A stretch of 64,000 nucleotides of DNA from the sequence record MW822008.1. One strand, given 5' to 3'. The position numbers and the translations under genes are program-made. Below are positions 16,544 to 24,250 of the stretch, one piece after another (within the stretch, counting starts at the first letter, position 1; each line of letters begins with the position of its first letter). Under the pieces are notes generated by a model. That model made no database searches. It saw only the letters and a program-made list of their open reading frames with translations, and had not been told where the DNA came from.

Positions 16544-17128
16544 ATGCGTAATTATACTAAATTCATCCGTACCCTGTCAGAAATGGAAACCAACAAAGAG
16601 ATCCTTTCAGCTTGTCGGTTAGCTGGTCTGGAGATCATCGGTGCGGGTTCTTCCCGTATTGTATTCGCTTTAAATGATCGGTTAGTGATTAAGGTCGCCA
16701 ATTGTGATGCGGGTGTAGAACAAAATGAAACTGAATGTAAGGTATGGAATTTTTTAGACTATGACCGCCCTCAATTGAAACAGTACTTTGCAAAGGTGCA
16801 TATGCATTTATGCGATCCTGATAATATGTTTATCGTTATGGATCGGTTGAGTACTGCAAGCAAAGGCAGTGTAAAGCACGTTAACGCGTGCAACGAATTA
16901 AAGTACAATATTAAACGTAATGCCATTGAACGCCAGCACCGCTTTGCTGATGCACTACAACACGTCGATGATACATTATCAACACTAACGATAAGAGATA
17001 TCAGAAAACAGAATATCGGCCAGGATCGTAATGGACTTATTAAAGTACTTGATTACGGTTTAACCCGCAATATCTGGAATCAGTACTATAAAAAGCGTGA
17101 TGTGGCAGCAAGTAAAGTAACACGATAA
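16544..17128 (+). CDS. Protein-kinase-like enzyme
   Basis: IGAGSSRIVF Gly-loop, VIKVA Lys, NETE alphaC Glu, RDIRKQNIG catalytic loop, VLDYG. Confidence 0.85.
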   Translation: MRNYTKFIRTLSEMETNKEILSACRLAGLEIIGAGSSRIVFALNDRLVIKVANCDAGVEQNETECKVWNFLDYDRPQLKQYFAKVHMHLCDPDNMFIVMDRLSTASKGSVKHVNACNELKYNIKRNAIERQHRFADALQHVDDTLSTLTIRDIRKQNIGQDRNGLIKVLDYGLTRNIWNQYYKKRDVAASKVTR

Positions 17129-17146
17129 AAAAGATTAAAAAAGGGA

Positions 17147-17235
17147 TTGATTTCGGTCAGTCCCTTTGCTATTATATATTCATTGAGAGATAGCTCACTG
17201 ACCCACAGGGTGCATAAATGTATCTATTATATAAG
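17147..17235 (+). ncRNA. sRNA family 1 unit
   Basis: TTGATT-17-TATTAT; TGAG-AGATAG-CTCA hairpin; core CCCACAGGGTGCATAAATGTATCT (17202-17225). Confidence 0.6.
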
Positions 17236-17351
17236 TATTCAGTACTGAAAACTATTTTTAAAAAGTACTTGCATTGTACTTAGAATCAAGTATAATGTTT
17301 TATATCGAGAGGGGGGGAACGGTTCTCCCTCAAAGAATAAGGAATAAAATC

Positions 17352-17573
17352 ATGACTACAATGACTTGCATTTACGCTTCCAATCTTCTGAATGATGCGG
17401 CCTTTAATGTTGATTCAGAATATCAATGTTATCGGGATGAAAATAAAAAAGTTTTTGTAGTTGATAATAATGGTTTCCATATTGAAATACAATCCGGCTT
17501 CACTGGTGTTGATGGTAAATCAGTATGGGGCGTACAGGATGATAACGGTACATATCATTTTAAACGTAATTAA
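17352..17573 (+). CDS. Early hypothetical protein
   Basis: ORF; start after hairpin. Confidence 0.8.
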   Translation: MTTMTCIYASNLLNDAAFNVDSEYQCYRDENKKVFVVDNNGFHIEIQSGFTGVDGKSVWGVQDDNGTYHFKRN

Positions 17574-17657
17574 GTATTGACAAAGTATCTTAGTACTGTA
17601 TAATAGTTTACATCAAGGGGAGAATAGTTCTCCCCGATACTAAAAGGAAACAAAATT

Positions 17658-17930
17658 ATGTCCAGCTACTCCGCTACTATGATCATTAAAGATATGAACG
17701 GTAATCCTACTTCCGCTGGTGGATCATTTGGAAACATTAATTTAGATGGTCGGTTATCCATGCAATCAGCCATCGATGCAGCGAAAGAAGTTTTTAAGAA
17801 TGAATGCACTGTAAGCAAGCTGGATTATATGGGATTCGCTATCGAGAAAACTAATCGTTTTGTGAACTACAAAAATCCACTGATGATTGATACTAACCTG
17901 AAAGCTAACGAAGTGGAATACTTATTATGA
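17658..17930 (+). CDS. Early hypothetical protein
   Basis: ORF. Confidence 0.8.
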   Translation: MSSYSATMIIKDMNGNPTSAGGSFGNINLDGRLSMQSAIDAAKEVFKNECTVSKLDYMGFAIEKTNRFVNYKNPLMIDTNLKANEVEYLL

Positions 17931-18118
17931 CAGTTGAAGAAGTTAAAAAAGTACTGGCAGTACTACGCTATCATAATCATTGCAAGGTGAAGAATGATCC
18001 TGATTATGTTGATTCATCCCTGGAGGAAGACACATTAAACGCAATAAGCCATATGCAAACATTAGCAAAGCGTATGACCGAAAAGAATAGACCGGACTAT
18101 ATCGGAAATAAAATTTAA
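17927..18118 (+). CDS. Early hypothetical protein
   Basis: ORF, ATGA overlap. Confidence 0.75.
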   Translation: MTVEEVKKVLAVLRYHNHCKVKNDPDYVDSSLEEDTLNAISHMQTLAKRMTEKNRPDYIGNKI

Positions 18119-18204
18119 AAAGTACTTGCATTGTAGTTAGATTAACGTATAATGTTTTACATAGAGCGGGGGAATAGTTCTCCCGCCAGTCCAGGAGATA
18201 CACC

Positions 18205-18468
18205 ATGAACACTATCGAAATCACTATCAATGCACACGTATACGACAACGTAGTACTGCAAACTACTATGACCGCTAACGATACCAGTACTTTGCGGAAT
18301 ACTGTTATTAGTGCCGTATGTGCCGCTATCGGTGATGTCGCCCTGGAAAATGCAAAACACGTAAACGATGGTTTCACTATGTGCAAACGTGATAACGCAA
18401 AACATATCATCGTGGAAGGTTACGGCGGTGTAGAATTTAATGTTTATATGAAAAAAGTACTTGCATAA
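18205..18468 (+). CDS. Early hypothetical protein
   Basis: ORF, AGGAG RBS. Confidence 0.8.
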   Translation: MNTIEITINAHVYDNVVLQTTMTANDTSTLRNTVISAVCAAIGDVALENAKHVNDGFTMCKRDNAKHIIVEGYGGVEFNVYMKKVLA

Positions 18469-18535
18469 TAACTAAAACAAAGTATAATGTTTTGCATAGG
18501 GGGAGATGTCCTCCCCCACTAAAAGGAGTAATAAA

Positions 18536-18760
18536 ATGGCTAACTTTGATGAACTGATGCGGGAAGTAGCTAACCTGGCAGAAGAGAAAAAATCATTCGA
18601 TTCTATCTATAACACCTCTTACCGTGATTCAGTACTGGCATGTAACCAGGATCAAAAAGATGAACTAATCGCCACCTATCATGAAGCATGGAAGTACTAC
18701 CGACAATGGGAGAAAGAAGAAAGAGAGTCTACCATTGACGGCCTCAATAATCTAATCTAA
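18536..18760 (+). CDS. Early hypothetical protein
   Basis: ORF, AAGGAG RBS. Confidence 0.8.
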   Translation: MANFDELMREVANLAEEKKSFDSIYNTSYRDSVLACNQDQKDELIATYHEAWKYYRQWEKEERESTIDGLNNLI

Positions 18761-18836
18761 AAGTTTTATTTCAGTACTATTGACATAGCTTGATAGTACT
18801 GATGTAATAACTTTACTAACTACAAGGGGAAACATC

Positions 18837-19094
18837 ATGGAACAATTCACACAATATCGGGTAAATCCTCAAGCTATGGCCTACGTAGAAGACCATAAAA
18901 CGTTACCAGTACTGCAACCAGTTAAAGGCCATATCTATCGTGCAATGTCGTGGAGTACGGCCCAGGATGGCTATAAAACCGTAGCCGTTGGTATGTACTG
19001 CGGTAATGGTGAATGGTTTGATCCAAATAATCCGGTAGCCATTGACAGTACTGAAAAAATGAAATGGGCCGACTACATCGAAGATATTTCATAA
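18837..19094 (+). CDS. Early hypothetical protein
   Basis: ORF. Confidence 0.8.
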   Translation: MEQFTQYRVNPQAMAYVEDHKTLPVLQPVKGHIYRAMSWSTAQDGYKTVAVGMYCGNGEWFDPNNPVAIDSTEKMKWADYIEDIS

Positions 19095-19113
19095 AAAGAA
19101 TAAAAAAAAGGAG

Positions 19114-19195
19114 TTGACTTCGGTCCGCTCCTTTAGTACTATATACGCATAGAAACAAATCAGCCCACAGGGTGCATAAGTGTATCCAAAATATA
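19114..19195 (+). ncRNA. sRNA family 1 unit
   Basis: TTGACT-17-TACTAT; core CCCACAGGGTGCATAAGTGTATCC (19164-19187). Confidence 0.6.
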
Positions 19196-19336
19196 TAGTT
19201 AATAACGGTGAGTAACTATCTGCTGGTGGAACTAAAACTATTAATAAAAAAGTATTGACAAAGTATATCAGTACTGCAATAATGTATCTCGTAGGGCGGC
19301 AATGGTGCGACGGCCCACAAAGTTAGGAGATTCAAA

Positions 19337-19669
19337 ATGAGTACTTCAATCGCTATCGTTAAAGCTTTCATCCGTACCAATGTTTCATCTGTATTCATCG
19401 ACGGTCTGGATCGGGAAGTAGAATACTCAATCATTATCGCACAGACTGCAAACGGTGCTCGGTATATCCTTAATGATAGTGAAGCAAATCACTACTACTT
19501 CACTAAAGCTACTGGCTTTAAACGCATCGATGCTGATGTAGTATACGCTAAGATGAATAAGCTGGTAGACAAGATTAACGCTAAAGGTACTATAGATTTA
19601 CAGTACTGGACCGAAACCGATCCAGAATATGGATCTCACCGCTACCTGAATCCAGGTATTAAAATGTAA
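19337..19669 (+). CDS. Early hypothetical protein
   Basis: ORF, AGGAG RBS. Confidence 0.8.
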   Translation: MSTSIAIVKAFIRTNVSSVFIDGLDREVEYSIIIAQTANGARYILNDSEANHYYFTKATGFKRIDADVVYAKMNKLVDKINAKGTIDLQYWTETDPEYGSHRYLNPGIKM

Positions 19670-19758
19670 AAAGTACTTGCATAGTACTTAGAATCAAGTA
19701 TAATGTTTTACATAGAGAGGGGGAAATGGTTCTCCCTCCTAAATTAAGGAGTTTTATC

Positions 19759-20160
19759 ATGACCTTCTCAATCAATTCCTTCGCTGACGTTTTAGTACTG
19801 GCTCGGACTTTCGGTAAAGATGCACTGGAGTACGCTGTAAGTAATGGCACTATCCAACCGGAACAGTGCCGCATCATTGGAAACTGCAAACGTTGGGCGG
19901 TATCCAATACTATTGCACTGGAAAACTTCCACGATGGCAACAATGAATATTCTGTTGATGTAGTATTCGAAGCCGTTGATCTCGGCGGTATCTATAATAC
20001 TAACCTGAATGATGTGCGTATCGTTCGCACGGGGTTCGGTGCTTATGATGTATCTATCCGTGAAGCTATGGACAACGGATACATTAGCAAGGACTTACTT
20101 GCTCACATCATGCAGCTGTGTACGGAACGTAACGAAGCACGCACTATCTTAGGACTGTAA
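19759..20160 (+). CDS. Early hypothetical protein
   Basis: ORF, AAGGAG RBS. Confidence 0.8.
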   Translation: MTFSINSFADVLVLARTFGKDALEYAVSNGTIQPEQCRIIGNCKRWAVSNTIALENFHDGNNEYSVDVVFEAVDLGGIYNTNLNDVRIVRTGFGAYDVSIREAMDNGYISKDLLAHIMQLCTERNEARTILGL

Positions 20161-20228
20161 GCGTTACACATCACCAAACATCATAGGCCGCCTTGTAGCG
20201 GCCTTAACTATATCAGGAGTACATACAT

Positions 20229-20438
20229 ATGTTCTATACAGTATACAGCGTTCTAGGTACTATTGCAGGCGTACATGATAACGTCAATGATGCTATGCGT
20301 ACAGTACTGCAACAGGTTCCACTAAAGCCTAAGACCATTAAGCAGATGACAGCACGACTAACCAGGGCGACCGATGGCGTGGAAGTATGGCAGGACTACG
20401 GGGATACACAGATAATCGTTAGCGTAACGAAGGATTAA
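20229..20438 (+). CDS. Early hypothetical protein
   Basis: ORF, AGGAG RBS. Confidence 0.8.
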   Translation: MFYTVYSVLGTIAGVHDNVNDAMRTVLQQVPLKPKTIKQMTARLTRATDGVEVWQDYGDTQIIVSVTKD

Positions 20439-20466
20439 TGCGTAAAGGGATCTAGTACTGATTCAG

Positions 20467-20720
20467 AAAAAAGTCAAGGCGTTTTTAAAATTATGCGTTA
20501 AAAAAATGCATAGGTAATCCCTTGACTTTTTTGAAATAAAAGGGATTGGACTATGGCAAAATGCGTAGGGGGCTAAAGGGCGGGTAACCTTTAGCGACTT
20601 CGAAAAAAGGAGTGATAGGGGCTTGACTTTTTATATAATTCTGATAATATATAGTCTATATTATATTTCATTCATATTTTATATGTTAGTTACATTAACT
20701 CAACTTTAGAGGTCACCGAA
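20467..20720. other. Non-coding boundary: inverted repeats then a very AT-rich tract (probable terminal-repeat junction)
   Basis: 13-bp IR 20467-20479/20520-20532; hairpin 20572-20595; base composition drops in GC afterwards. Confidence 0.5.
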
Positions 20721-20722
20721 CT

Positions 20723-21088
20723 ATGAATCCATCATCTAATAAATGTGGTACTTCCTTTAATGTAGAATGGTTGTTTTTTAAACCTACATCTACTATAAAA
20801 TCATTCATTGCTGATATCACTGAAGCACCTGACACCCTTGTATCAGTTGTTAGCAACAATAACGAAATGGTATTTTCTATTGATGAAAATCAATATGCAG
20901 ATATCTATTCATTGATTCGTATAAAAAACTTAGTTGTACTGTCCGAGAAAGCGTTCGCAAAAGAAGCGAAGAAATGGGATTTTAAACTTCCTATTGAATT
21001 GGTACGTGAAATACAAAAATTGGGATGTACTACTATTGAGAATTGTAAAGACTCACGTGCTACTGGGAATATTTCATTTGAAGTATAA
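20723..21088 (+). CDS. Hypothetical protein
   Basis: ORF, GAGG RBS. Confidence 0.75.
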   Translation: MNPSSNKCGTSFNVEWLFFKPTSTIKSFIADITEAPDTLVSVVSNNNEMVFSIDENQYADIYSLIRIKNLVVLSEKAFAKEAKKWDFKLPIELVREIQKLGCTTIENCKDSRATGNISFEV

Positions 21089-21111
21089 TGCATTTATATG
21101 AACAAAACATC

Positions 21112-21140
21112 TTGACATCATGCCTCACATGGGGTATGAT
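21112..21140 (+). promoter_or_regulatory. sigma70 promoter heading the family A array
   Basis: TTGACA-17-TATGAT. Confidence 0.75.
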
Positions 21141-21174
21141 GTTTTTTCACATATGAACCTATGGATTTTATCCT

Positions 21175-21372
21175 ATGCGTATTTTAACTAAAGAACAGCA
21201 CCACGAAAGACTTATCAATAACATGGCTATGATAATGTATAAGTCCCATGACCGTGGTATTGCCTATAAGCGTGAATTAATTATGGCACTATTCATTGGA
21301 ACTAACTTTCAGGAAAGGTATGTCAACGATTGGATTTGGTATTTAATTGAAGATATAACGAGTAAACTATGA
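21175..21372 (+). CDS. Family A paralog
   Basis: FIGTNFQE. Confidence 0.85.
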   Translation: MRILTKEQHHERLINNMAMIMYKSHDRGIAYKRELIMALFIGTNFQERYVNDWIWYLIEDITSKL

Positions 21373-21569
21373 AAATGCGTATTTTAAATAAAGAAGAATA
21401 TCAATCACTGTTACGTAAAAACTTCACAAAGATTTATAATACAGACACACACGTAGAACGAATGGAGTTATACCTTTTGATTACTTTGGGAACTAACTAT
21501 CAGGAAAGATGGGTGATTCAATATATGGATACATTGAAAAATAAAATATTGTCCACGAGGAAACAATGA
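21369..21569 (+). CDS. Family A paralog
   Basis: TLGTNYQE. Confidence 0.85.
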   Translation: MKMRILNKEEYQSLLRKNFTKIYNTDTHVERMELYLLITLGTNYQERWVIQYMDTLKNKILSTRKQ

Positions 21570-21775
21570 AAACTATAACACGAACCCAATCATACGGTCT
21601 TATCTTGAAATACATGGACTTAATGGTGGATATCAGCAAAGACCTTCCTAAAACTGAAATTGAAGTTGCAAGAGCAGAGATCCGCATGTTGGCTGTACTG
21701 AACACAAACCATCAGGAAGATTATGTTGAAGAATGGATTCGATTTTTAATAGAAGATATAAAGAGTAAATTATGA
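21566..21775 (+). CDS. Family A paralog
   Basis: VLNTNHQE. Confidence 0.85.
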   Translation: MKTITRTQSYGLILKYMDLMVDISKDLPKTEIEVARAEIRMLAVLNTNHQEDYVEEWIRFLIEDIKSKL

Positions 21776-21987
21776 TTATTATAGAAAACTCATATCAATA
21801 TACTGAACGCATCGCTGCCAGACAACTTGAAATCCTCATAATATACGAAGAGACTTCTGATTTAAACTTAGCCGAGGTATTGGAAAATGATATACTATTG
21901 GGTGCATTCTTAGGAACAGACTATCAGAAGTATTATGAGGAAAAGTATTTGTCATCTCTTGAGAAATATATCAGGAGCAAATTATGA
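21772..21987 (+). CDS. Family A paralog
   Basis: FLGTDYQK. Confidence 0.85.
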   Translation: MIIIENSYQYTERIAARQLEILIIYEETSDLNLAEVLENDILLGAFLGTDYQKYYEEKYLSSLEKYIRSKL

Positions 21988-22196
21988 TTTTTTTAACACC
22001 AGAAGAATATAAGAAACGTTTCAATTCCGCACAGGGTGAAATCTTACTTATATACCTTTCAAATGCAGACCTTAACTTATCAAGGGTATTAGAAAAAGAT
22101 TTACTTATGGGTGCATTCCTTGATACAGACTTTCAGGTGTATTATGTAGGGGAATACTTAATTGCACTCCAGAAATACATTAAGAGCAAACTATGA
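21984..22196 (+). CDS. Family A paralog
   Basis: FLDTDFQV. Confidence 0.85.
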   Translation: MIFLTPEEYKKRFNSAQGEILLIYLSNADLNLSRVLEKDLLMGAFLDTDFQVYYVGEYLIALQKYIKSKL

Positions 22197-22411
22197 AACA
22201 TTTAAGTAATTACGAGAAGAATAAAATTATCGTTGCTGCAATAAACAAATATTTTACACTTCCTCACACAGAAGGTTTATGTGTAAGGGAACACAGGATA
22301 AACACCACCGATATACGCATGATGGCTGTACTGGGGACGAACTTTCAGGAAGAGTATGTTGTTGCACACATAGTTGCCCTCACTGATTTAATAAGGGACA
22401 AATGCAAATGA
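22193..22411 (+). CDS. Family A paralog
   Basis: VLGTNFQE. Confidence 0.85.
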   Translation: MKHLSNYEKNKIIVAAINKYFTLPHTEGLCVREHRINTTDIRMMAVLGTNFQEEYVVAHIVALTDLIRDKCK

Positions 22412-22716
22412 AACACTTAACTGATGATGAATTTGAAACTATAATTCGTAAACTAACCCCCATCACAAGGATAGTCTACGGTGACCCCAGCCTTACATGG
22501 AACCAAATGCGAGCTAAAGTTAATGAGCTATGGTTGCTGTACTTTATGGGGACTCAATATCAAGATAAGTTTTGCACAGAATATATCGAACAATTAACGA
22601 ATGTTATACAGGATAAACTAGATGATTATTTGCTCACAAAACATGAAGATTTTATCAGGAGTGGAGTATCAGACTGCCCTCTTCTCTCTTCTAAACACCC
22701 TCCGCACGAACAATAA
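22402..22716 (+). CDS. Family A paralog with C-terminal extension
   Basis: FMGTQYQD. Confidence 0.8.
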   Translation: MQMKHLTDDEFETIIRKLTPITRIVYGDPSLTWNQMRAKVNELWLLYFMGTQYQDKFCTEYIEQLTNVIQDKLDDYLLTKHEDFIRSGVSDCPLLSSKHPPHEQ

Positions 22717-22894
22717 ACTTTATAATTCCCGTGAAGCTGATATCGTCAACGCTGATGTATATCTTAATAAATTCATAGGGACTAACTATCAAGAACTGTT
22801 CACTCTACGATATATCGCTGCATTGAGAAACGAAATATCAGATAAAACCCGTCAAGCCAGAAGAGAATGGAATAAACAATGCGACACAGACTAA
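22643..22894 (+). CDS. Family A paralog
   Basis: FIGTNYQE; start trimmed to MKILS. Confidence 0.8.
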   Translation: MKILSGVEYQTALFSLLNTLRTNNKLYNSREADIVNADVYLNKFIGTNYQELFTLRYIAALRNEISDKTRQARREWNKQCDTD

Positions 22895-23130
22895 ATCACA
22901 AAATGTATTGTAAACTATTACAGACACTGGCACAGAAACACTATGACACTGTATCTGAAATATTACCCTATGATATCATGCGTTTAATTCATAGTGAGGC
23001 AGAGATGCTTGTACTGATGACAGGCACTGATAAAAAAGCAATTGCCAAATCAATAGATATGTTCATCGAAGCACAATGTCAACACATTAGAACCGAGATA
23101 TGGAGACGAGAGAATGATAACACTAAATGA
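22879..23130 (+). CDS. Family A paralog (divergent)
   Basis: MTGTDKK. Confidence 0.7.
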   Translation: MRHRLNHKMYCKLLQTLAQKHYDTVSEILPYDIMRLIHSEAEMLVLMTGTDKKAIAKSIDMFIEAQCQHIRTEIWRRENDNTK

Positions 23131-23329
23131 GTTTCAGTATCATTGGAGGTTACAAACTATCAAATCAAAAGTGTATAGTATTGTGTTAAACAAATCTATT
23201 GCACAAGAGGACAAATGTGTTATAATAGCTGAAATGAAGTTGGGTGCTTTCGTAGGGACAAACTATCAAAACATCTACACTGACGTATTGTTAAGTGCCT
23301 TACGTAACAAGGTGGTATCCAAAATATGA
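23114..23329 (+). CDS. Family A paralog
   Basis: FVGTNYQN. Confidence 0.85.
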   Translation: MITLNEFQYHWRLQTIKSKVYSIVLNKSIAQEDKCVIIAEMKLGAFVGTNYQNIYTDVLLSALRNKVVSKI

Positions 23330-23544
23330 GAAATTTACAAGGCTTTGAATACATCAGACTCCTGAAAACATGCACCAGCAGAAGGAAAATCTTATCAAGC
23401 GATAAGAGCATCCAAGCTAACCTTAAGCACGCACTAGTAACTGAACTCTATGTAGGTGCACTCTTAGGCACAAACTATCAACAAATGTATGTAGATCTAT
23501 GGATTGACGCTCTACAGAAAGAGGTTAAAAGTAAATGCAAATGA
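23326..23544 (+). CDS. Family A paralog
   Basis: LLGTNYQQ. Confidence 0.85.
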   Translation: MRNLQGFEYIRLLKTCTSRRKILSSDKSIQANLKHALVTELYVGALLGTNYQQMYVDLWIDALQKEVKSKCK

Positions 23545-23753
23545 TTAATTTAAGTAAAGACGAATTTTATGTTATACTGGCGAAAACTTATCCAGCACGT
23601 AAGGCCGTTTATGATAGTCACATTATTGAACCCTCAAAGAAGTTGATTTTAGTAAATGAGATAAAGATGCTTTCAGTCTTAGGAACAAACTATCAAGAGA
23701 ATGCTGTACTGATGTTAATTGATGCCCTCCAGCGAGAGGTTAAACGTAAATGA
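23535..23753 (+). CDS. Family A paralog
   Basis: VLGTNYQE. Confidence 0.85.
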   Translation: MQMINLSKDEFYVILAKTYPARKAVYDSHIIEPSKKLILVNEIKMLSVLGTNYQENAVLMLIDALQREVKRK

Positions 23754-23980
23754 AAATGATTAATTTAACTTACCATGAATATCAAAAACGTTTAAATGCA
23801 TCCAGAGATATAAGGATTCAAATATTCAATAACAAAAGATTGAAGCCTGATATCAGGAAAATCAAAATCATAGAAGCCGTGTTGTGCAACTTCCTAGGGA
23901 CTAACTATCAGGAAGGTAAGGTAGAAAACTATCTTATAGAACTCATGAATAGTATTGAAAATAAATGTAAGGGTAATTAA
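23750..23980 (+). CDS. Family A paralog
   Basis: FLGTNYQE. Confidence 0.85.
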   Translation: MKMINLTYHEYQKRLNASRDIRIQIFNNKRLKPDIRKIKIIEAVLCNFLGTNYQEGKVENYLIELMNSIENKCKGN

Positions 23981-23981
23981 C

Positions 23982-24221
23982 ATGAAAATGATTAAATTAT
24001 CTCAAGCAAAATATAAAGAACGCCTGGTAAAAATTGCACCTGGACTTAATGAAATCCATCACGGAGAAGTCATTAAACACGGAAATAAGATGATTATGAA
24101 ACTTGAGTTAAAGGTGGGTGCATTCATAGGAACAAACTATCAGGAGTATTATGTAGATGAATACATAATCGCACTTAAGAGATACATTGGAAGAAAACTA
24201 TATCTACAAACTAAAGAATAG
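23982..24221 (+). CDS. Family A paralog
   Basis: FIGTNYQE; start trimmed. Confidence 0.85.
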   Translation: MKMIKLSQAKYKERLVKIAPGLNEIHHGEVIKHGNKMIMKLELKVGAFIGTNYQEYYVDEYIIALKRYIGRKLYLQTKE

Positions 24222-24250
24222 TATTGAAAATAAATGTAAGGGTAATTAAC

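Larger units (their letters stand above)
1674..19704 (+). promoter_or_regulatory. About 40 repeated early sigma70 promoters, most followed by a TACATC start, a GC-rich stem-loop and an RBS
   Basis: -35 starts at 1674, 2134, 2451, 3130, 3689, 3807, 4492, 5136, 5604, 5921, 6634, 7469, 7788, 8029, 8321, 8720, 9594, 9823, 10395, 10830, 11139, 11410, 12049, 12524, 13145, 13999, 14115, 14455, 14724, 15155, 15937, 16213, 16487, 17269, 17577, 18126, 18461, 18780, 19255, 19677 (TTGACA/TTGCAA/TTGCAT with TATAAT/CATAAT-type -10). Confidence 0.9.

Noticed and set aside
1674-19704. Repeated promoter modules as a CRISPR array
   Set aside because: Intervals are hundreds of bp and contain genes, repeats are degenerate promoters, and no cas genes are present.
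1712-19740. Leader hairpins as N4-type virion RNAP promoters
   Set aside because: They lie downstream of intact sigma70 -35/-10 elements, loops vary in length and sequence, and no such polymerase is in view.
1700-19760. Extended ORF starts such as MFYIES/MVLP/MVNSSP
   Set aside because: These ATG/GTG codons lie in the -10/+1 region or hairpin of the cassette; true starts follow the RBS after the hairpin.
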